Shown here piece by piece: positions 60,088-64,000 of a stretch of 64,000 nt of DNA. Made by a program: the position numbers and the translations under genes. Each line of letters opens with the position of its first letter. Position 1 is the stretch's first letter. The stretch lies in the NCBI GenBank assembly GCA_012729095.1, contig JAAYDU010000061.1:11779-75778 (forward strand). The letters run 5' to 3'. The stretch is from Methanobacteriota archaeon. Its GTDB lineage: Archaea > Thermoplasmatota > Thermoplasmata > Methanomassiliicoccales > UBA472. The notes beneath the pieces were generated by a model. The model had not been told where the DNA came from. It saw only the letters and a program-made list of their open reading frames with translations, and searched no databases.

Positions 60088-61665
60088 ATGTCAGCTGAGG
60101 AAGAGAACGTGAGCAGGGCAATGGCCCCCGTGGTGGCCAAGCTGCAAGATGCGATCGGAAGGGAGAACGTAAGGACCAGCAAGATGGAGAGGCTTCTGTA
60201 CAGCCATGATCTCGCGCCGTTGCCGAGCATCGCACAGATAGCCTTCAAGAACCTTCCGGACATTGTTGTCCGGCCTCACACCACCGAGGACGTTGTAAAG
60301 ATCGTCAAGATCGCCGCTGAGGAGAAGATACCGATCACCCCGCGCGGGGCCTCCACTTGGGGCCTGGGCGGTTCCACCCCGGTTTTCGGAGGTATACTGA
60401 TCGACATGTCAGGCGGCATGAACAAGATCATCAAGATCGACAAGGAGAACCTCTGCGTCAAGGCGCAGGCCGGCATAACCTGGAAGGAGGTCTACGACGC
60501 CTGTCTCGAGCAGGGGCTTCTGCTCGGAGGATACCCGAGTTCCTTCCCCTCCGCCACCCTTGGCGGCTGGATATCCGTGAACGGTGTCGGGATCGGTTCC
60601 ATGAAGTACGGTACCAGCGGCGACCTGGTCCGGAACATGGAGGTCGTCATGCCCAACGGCACTTTGGTGGAGACCGGTTATGACCTCATCGTAGACAACG
60701 AGACCGGATACAACCTCAACAGGTTGATAGTGGGTGCCGAGGGGACCCTGGCACACATCTGCACCGTCACCTTCAAGCTGGAGCCCGCCCCGGAGCTCAT
60801 GAAGTCGCTCACCTACGCCTTCCCTACGCTCAGGGAGGCAGGTCAGCCTCTCATGGAGATATGCCGCTCCCGCGTCAGGCCGCTGCACATCGGATTCAGC
60901 GATCCCAACCACTTCGAGCTCCTTCGCAAGGCGGGCAAGCACGCCATCGAGGACGGCGCCGTGCTCAACGTACAGCTGGAAGGCGACAAGGAGATCGTGG
61001 ACTGGGAGGAGAAGAAGATCGACGAGATCATGACCAAGCACGGCGGAAAGAGGCTGGCGGACGATGTGGCCTCCCACGAGTGGGATGAGCGCTGCTACGA
61101 GTACCGCTGCCGCGAGGTCGGCATAGGAAGCATACCTGGAGAGGCGGTGCTCCCCCTCAACAAGTTCGCGGAGACCGTGGACTATTGCTACGACCTGCTC
61201 AAGGATCTGAAGCTGACCGGCGCCATAATCGGATCCATGGTAGACCGTAACACGGTCATGTTCATGCCCTACTACCTGTTCGACCCGGACGACCTCCCGG
61301 AGATGACCGCCTTCGGCTTCAATGCAAAGTTCGCCAACTACTCGCTGACGATCGGCGGCAGGCCGCTGGGCTTCGGGGCCTTCTTCGCCTCCAACCTGGA
61401 TCCCATACGCGGCACCGGCGCGAAGTACATCAGGGACATCAAGAAGCTGATCGACCCGAACGACATCATGAACCCCGGGAAGCTGACCGGCACCACCCTG
61501 CGCTACGGCATCAAGATACCGCCCGCGCTGTTCAACGTGGGAATGGGGGCCATGGGCATCATCAAGAAGATGATCCCCACCGAGGACGTGGTCGCCCAGC
61601 GTCAGGAAGCCTACGCCCAGGAGCGCGCCAACAAGGAGCGCGACGGAAGGCACGGAAGCCACTGA
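60088..61665 (+). CDS. FAD-binding oxidoreductase (GlcD/D-lactate dehydrogenase-like)
   Basis: PDIVVRP, ITPRGAST, ATLGG, KYG, GYNL...GAEGTL, DPNDIMNPGK. Confidence 0.9.
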   Translation: MSAEEENVSRAMAPVVAKLQDAIGRENVRTSKMERLLYSHDLAPLPSIAQIAFKNLPDIVVRPHTTEDVVKIVKIAAEEKIPITPRGASTWGLGGSTPVFGGILIDMSGGMNKIIKIDKENLCVKAQAGITWKEVYDACLEQGLLLGGYPSSFPSATLGGWISVNGVGIGSMKYGTSGDLVRNMEVVMPNGTLVETGYDLIVDNETGYNLNRLIVGAEGTLAHICTVTFKLEPAPELMKSLTYAFPTLREAGQPLMEICRSRVRPLHIGFSDPNHFELLRKAGKHAIEDGAVLNVQLEGDKEIVDWEEKKIDEIMTKHGGKRLADDVASHEWDERCYEYRCREVGIGSIPGEAVLPLNKFAETVDYCYDLLKDLKLTGAIIGSMVDRNTVMFMPYYLFDPDDLPEMTAFGFNAKFANYSLTIGGRPLGFGAFFASNLDPIRGTGAKYIRDIKKLIDPNDIMNPGKLTGTTLRYGIKIPPALFNVGMGAMGIIKKMIPTEDVVAQRQEAYAQERANKERDGRHGSH

Positions 61666-61673
61666 GAACACAT

Positions 61674-61708
61674 GCGGGCCCCTGGCCCGCTCCCATTCCC
61701 CTTTTTTT
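61674..61708 (+). terminator. Hairpin plus oligo-T terminator
   Basis: GCGGGCC-cct-GGCCCGC followed by a T-run. Confidence 0.6.
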
Positions 61709-61736
61709 AACGATCTAAGATGTAAGGTGTTTCATT

Positions 61737-64000
61737 TCAATCCTTGGCGTACTTGTCGGGGTCCGCGTCGAACTTCTTCTTGCAGCCCGGGGCGCAGAAG
61801 TAGTACCTTTTCCCCTTGTGGACCGAGGTCCACTTGGCGCTCTTCTCATCGACCTCCATCTTGCATATCGGGTCTATTGCCATTCGCTCACCTCCTTTGC
61901 GTTTGATCTCTGGCGTGTAGCGTTTGAGCAGAGCGGCATTGGACACCACGGAAACGGAGGAGAAGGCCATTGCCCCGGCCGCAATTATCGGGGAGAGCAG
62001 GATGCCGAAGAACGGGTAAAGGACACCGGCGGCCACAGGTATGCCTGCCGTGTTGTATCCGAATGCCCAGAACAGGTTCTGGCGTATCTTGCGCATGGTC
62101 TGCCTGCTGAGCTGTATGGCCGCAACAGCGTCGCGCGGGTCATCCTTGATAAGGACGATGTCTCCGGCCTCCACCGCCACGTCCGTACCGGAACCGATGG
62201 CCATTCCCACGTCAGCTTGGGCGAGCGCAGGCGCGTCGTTGATGCCGTCACCCACCATGGCCACCACCTTGCCCTCGGCCTGTAGCTTGGCCACCTCCTT
62301 GGCCTTGTCCCCGGGCAGGACCTCGGCAAGCACGTTATCGATATCAAGCATCGAGGCTATAGCCTCGGCCGTCCTGCGATTGTCGCCGGTAATCATCAGC
62401 ACGTCCATTCCCATGAGCCTGAGCTCGGCCACGGCCTCCTTGGAGGTTGGCTTTACGGTGTCGGCCACGCCTATGGCGCCGCACAACCTTCCGTCCACCA
62501 GGGCCAATGCCACGGTCATTCCCCCGGCCTCCATCTCCGCGACCGCGTTCTCATGGACTCCCAGGGCCACGCCCATCTCCTGCATAAGGCCCCGGTTCCC
62601 GACGATGACCGAACGACCCCTGACGACCGCCCTTACCCCCTTGCCGGCCAGTCCCTCGAACTCCACCGCGTCCGGAACCTCCAGGCCACTCGACCTGGCC
62701 TTGCGCACGATCGCCTCCCCCAGTGGATGCTCGGAGCCGACCTCCGCCCCGGCGACCAGGGCCAGAAGGTCCGGGCAGGGAACGTCGAGATCGATCACCT
62801 CCATCACCTCCGGACGGCCGACGGTCAGCGTCCCGGTCTTGTCGAAGATCACCGTGTTCACGCGGCCAGCAACCTCCAGTGAGTCACCTCCTTTGATCAG
62901 GATTCCGTTCTCCGCACCCTTTCCCGTCCCGACCATTATGGCGGTCGGCGTTGCCAGTCCAAGGGCGCAGGGGCAGGCGATGACCAGCACCGTGATGAAA
63001 ACGGTCAGGGAGAAGGTGAATGGGGGTTCTTCCGGTGCGAAGGCCGGTACCCCCAGTAAGTACCACGCCAAAAACGCGGCCAAGGCTATCGTTATCACGG
63101 CTGGAACGAACACCGAGGCCACGCGGTCCGCCAGCCTCTGAATGGGGGCCTTGGCCACCTGGGCATCCTCTACCAGCTTGACGATTTGAGCCAATGCCGT
63201 ATCCTTCCCGACCTTGACGGCCCTCACCTTCAGCACGCCGCTGCCGTTGATCGTGGCGCCGATCACCTCTGAACCCTCTTCTTTGCCGACAGGCAGGCTC
63301 TCCCCAGAGATTATGCTCTCGTCCACCGCGGAGCGGCCCTCCACGACGACGCCGTCGGTAGGTATCTTCTCCCCTGGCCTGACCATCATGACATCTCCAA
63401 CGTCAAGCTCGTCGACGAGTATCTCGACCTCCTCGCCGTCGCGGATGACCCGGGCGGTCTTGGCCTGCAGCCCCATCAAGCGCTTGATCGCCTCGGACGT
63501 GCTCCCTTTGGCCTTGGCCTCCAGGTACTTGCCGAACAGGATGAGGGCGATGATCATGGCGGAGCTGTCGAAGTACACGTGTTCCAGGGCGACCGTGCCC
63601 GGAAAGAACATGACCGCCACGCTGTAGAAGTAGGCGGCCGAGGTACCGACGGCGATCAGGGTATCCATGTTGGCGGTCCGGTTGCGCAGGGCCTTGTACG
63701 CCCCGATGTAGAACTGGTAACCGGCCACGAACTGAACGGGCGTGGCCAGGGAGAACATGACGAGGTTGCCCCATTCCATCAGGAAGTGGCGGGCGAAGCC
63801 GGTGAAGTCCATCAGGATCATTATGACCATCGTGGGCAGCGCCAGGGATATCGAGAGCGTCAGGAGGAACCTCTGGCGCCTAGTTTCCTTCTCCCGGGCC
63901 TCCTTCTCCGCATCCTTGGATTCCGTTTCGATGACCTCGTAACCTGCCTCGGTGACCGCCTTTCCAATGCGGGCCACTCGCACCTTCTGGGGATCGTAGC
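61737..64000 (-). CDS. copA: Cu(I)-type P1B ATPase with C-terminal YHS/TRASH domain; 5' end beyond window
   Basis: [38 protein letters not shown]...P, MAFSS; C-terminal DPICKM...YYFCAPGC; frame open to 64000. Confidence 0.95.
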   Translation of the reverse strand, partial: YDPQKVRVARIGKAVTEAGYEVIETESKDAEKEAREKETRRQRFLLTLSISLALPTMVIMILMDFTGFARHFLMEWGNLVMFSLATPVQFVAGYQFYIGAYKALRNRTANMDTLIAVGTSAAYFYSVAVMFFPGTVALEHVYFDSSAMIIALILFGKYLEAKAKGSTSEAIKRLMGLQAKTARVIRDGEEVEILVDELDVGDVMMVRPGEKIPTDGVVVEGRSAVDESIISGESLPVGKEEGSEVIGATINGSGVLKVRAVKVGKDTALAQIVKLVEDAQVAKAPIQRLADRVASVFVPAVITIALAAFLAWYLLGVPAFAPEEPPFTFSLTVFITVLVIACPCALGLATPTAIMVGTGKGAENGILIKGGDSLEVAGRVNTVIFDKTGTLTVGRPEVMEVIDLDVPCPDLLALVAGAEVGSEHPLGEAIVRKARSSGLEVPDAVEFEGLAGKGVRAVVRGRSVIVGNRGLMQEMGVALGVHENAVAEMEAGGMTVALALVDGRLCGAIGVADTVKPTSKEAVAELRLMGMDVLMITGDNRRTAEAIASMLDIDNVLAEVLPGDKAKEVAKLQAEGKVVAMVGDGINDAPALAQADVGMAIGSGTDVAVEAGDIVLIKDDPRDAVAAIQLSRQTMRKIRQNLFWAFGYNTAGIPVAAGVLYPFFGILLSPIIAAGAMAFSSVSVVSNAALLKRYTPEIKRKGGERMAIDPICKMEVDEKSAKWTSVHKGKRYYFCAPGCKKKFDADPDKYAKD

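Noticed and set aside
1-64000. CRISPR arrays, IS elements, rRNA, inteins, genes with internal Pyl/Sec codons
   Set aside because: None seen; RtcB and the other genes are of normal length and uninterrupted.

Overview
GC-rich archaeal chromosome segment, almost certainly from a Methanomassiliicoccales methanogen (Thermoplasmatota). The basis is the mcrBDGA order with mcrC displaced behind atwA, a corrinoid/MtaA/RamA methylotrophy cluster, and only an orphan mtrA-mtrH pair. The region 1-21 kb is housekeeping (acs, galU/ugd, GT4, sepF, rtcB, tRNA-His, argF, RecJ-like DHH). The region 22-35 kb is a methyl-transfer island with no recognisable substrate-specific MT1. The region 39-59 kb is the MCR supercluster (ycaO-tfuA, mcrBDGA, DUF2098, atwA-mcrC, markers 3/6/5/15/17/7), followed by a GlcD-like oxidoreductase and a 5'-truncated copA. 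The most notable unexplained signals are: (1) a palindrome TGGATR-N7-CATCCA in four copies, at the promoters of mcrB, the corrinoid gene and atwA/an HTH-DUF2111 gene, suggesting an undescribed methanogenesis regulon; (2) two tandem, separately promoted, highly structured candidate ncRNAs at 59.3-60.0 kb, plus a third structured element at 21.9 kb; (3) two paralogous unknown genes inside the MCR cluster; (4) a six-repeat membrane protein; (5) three unannotated microproteins; (6) a perfect internal RBS before the C-terminal YHS domain of CopA. All calls come from reading the sequence and recognising motifs; no database search or folding program was run.
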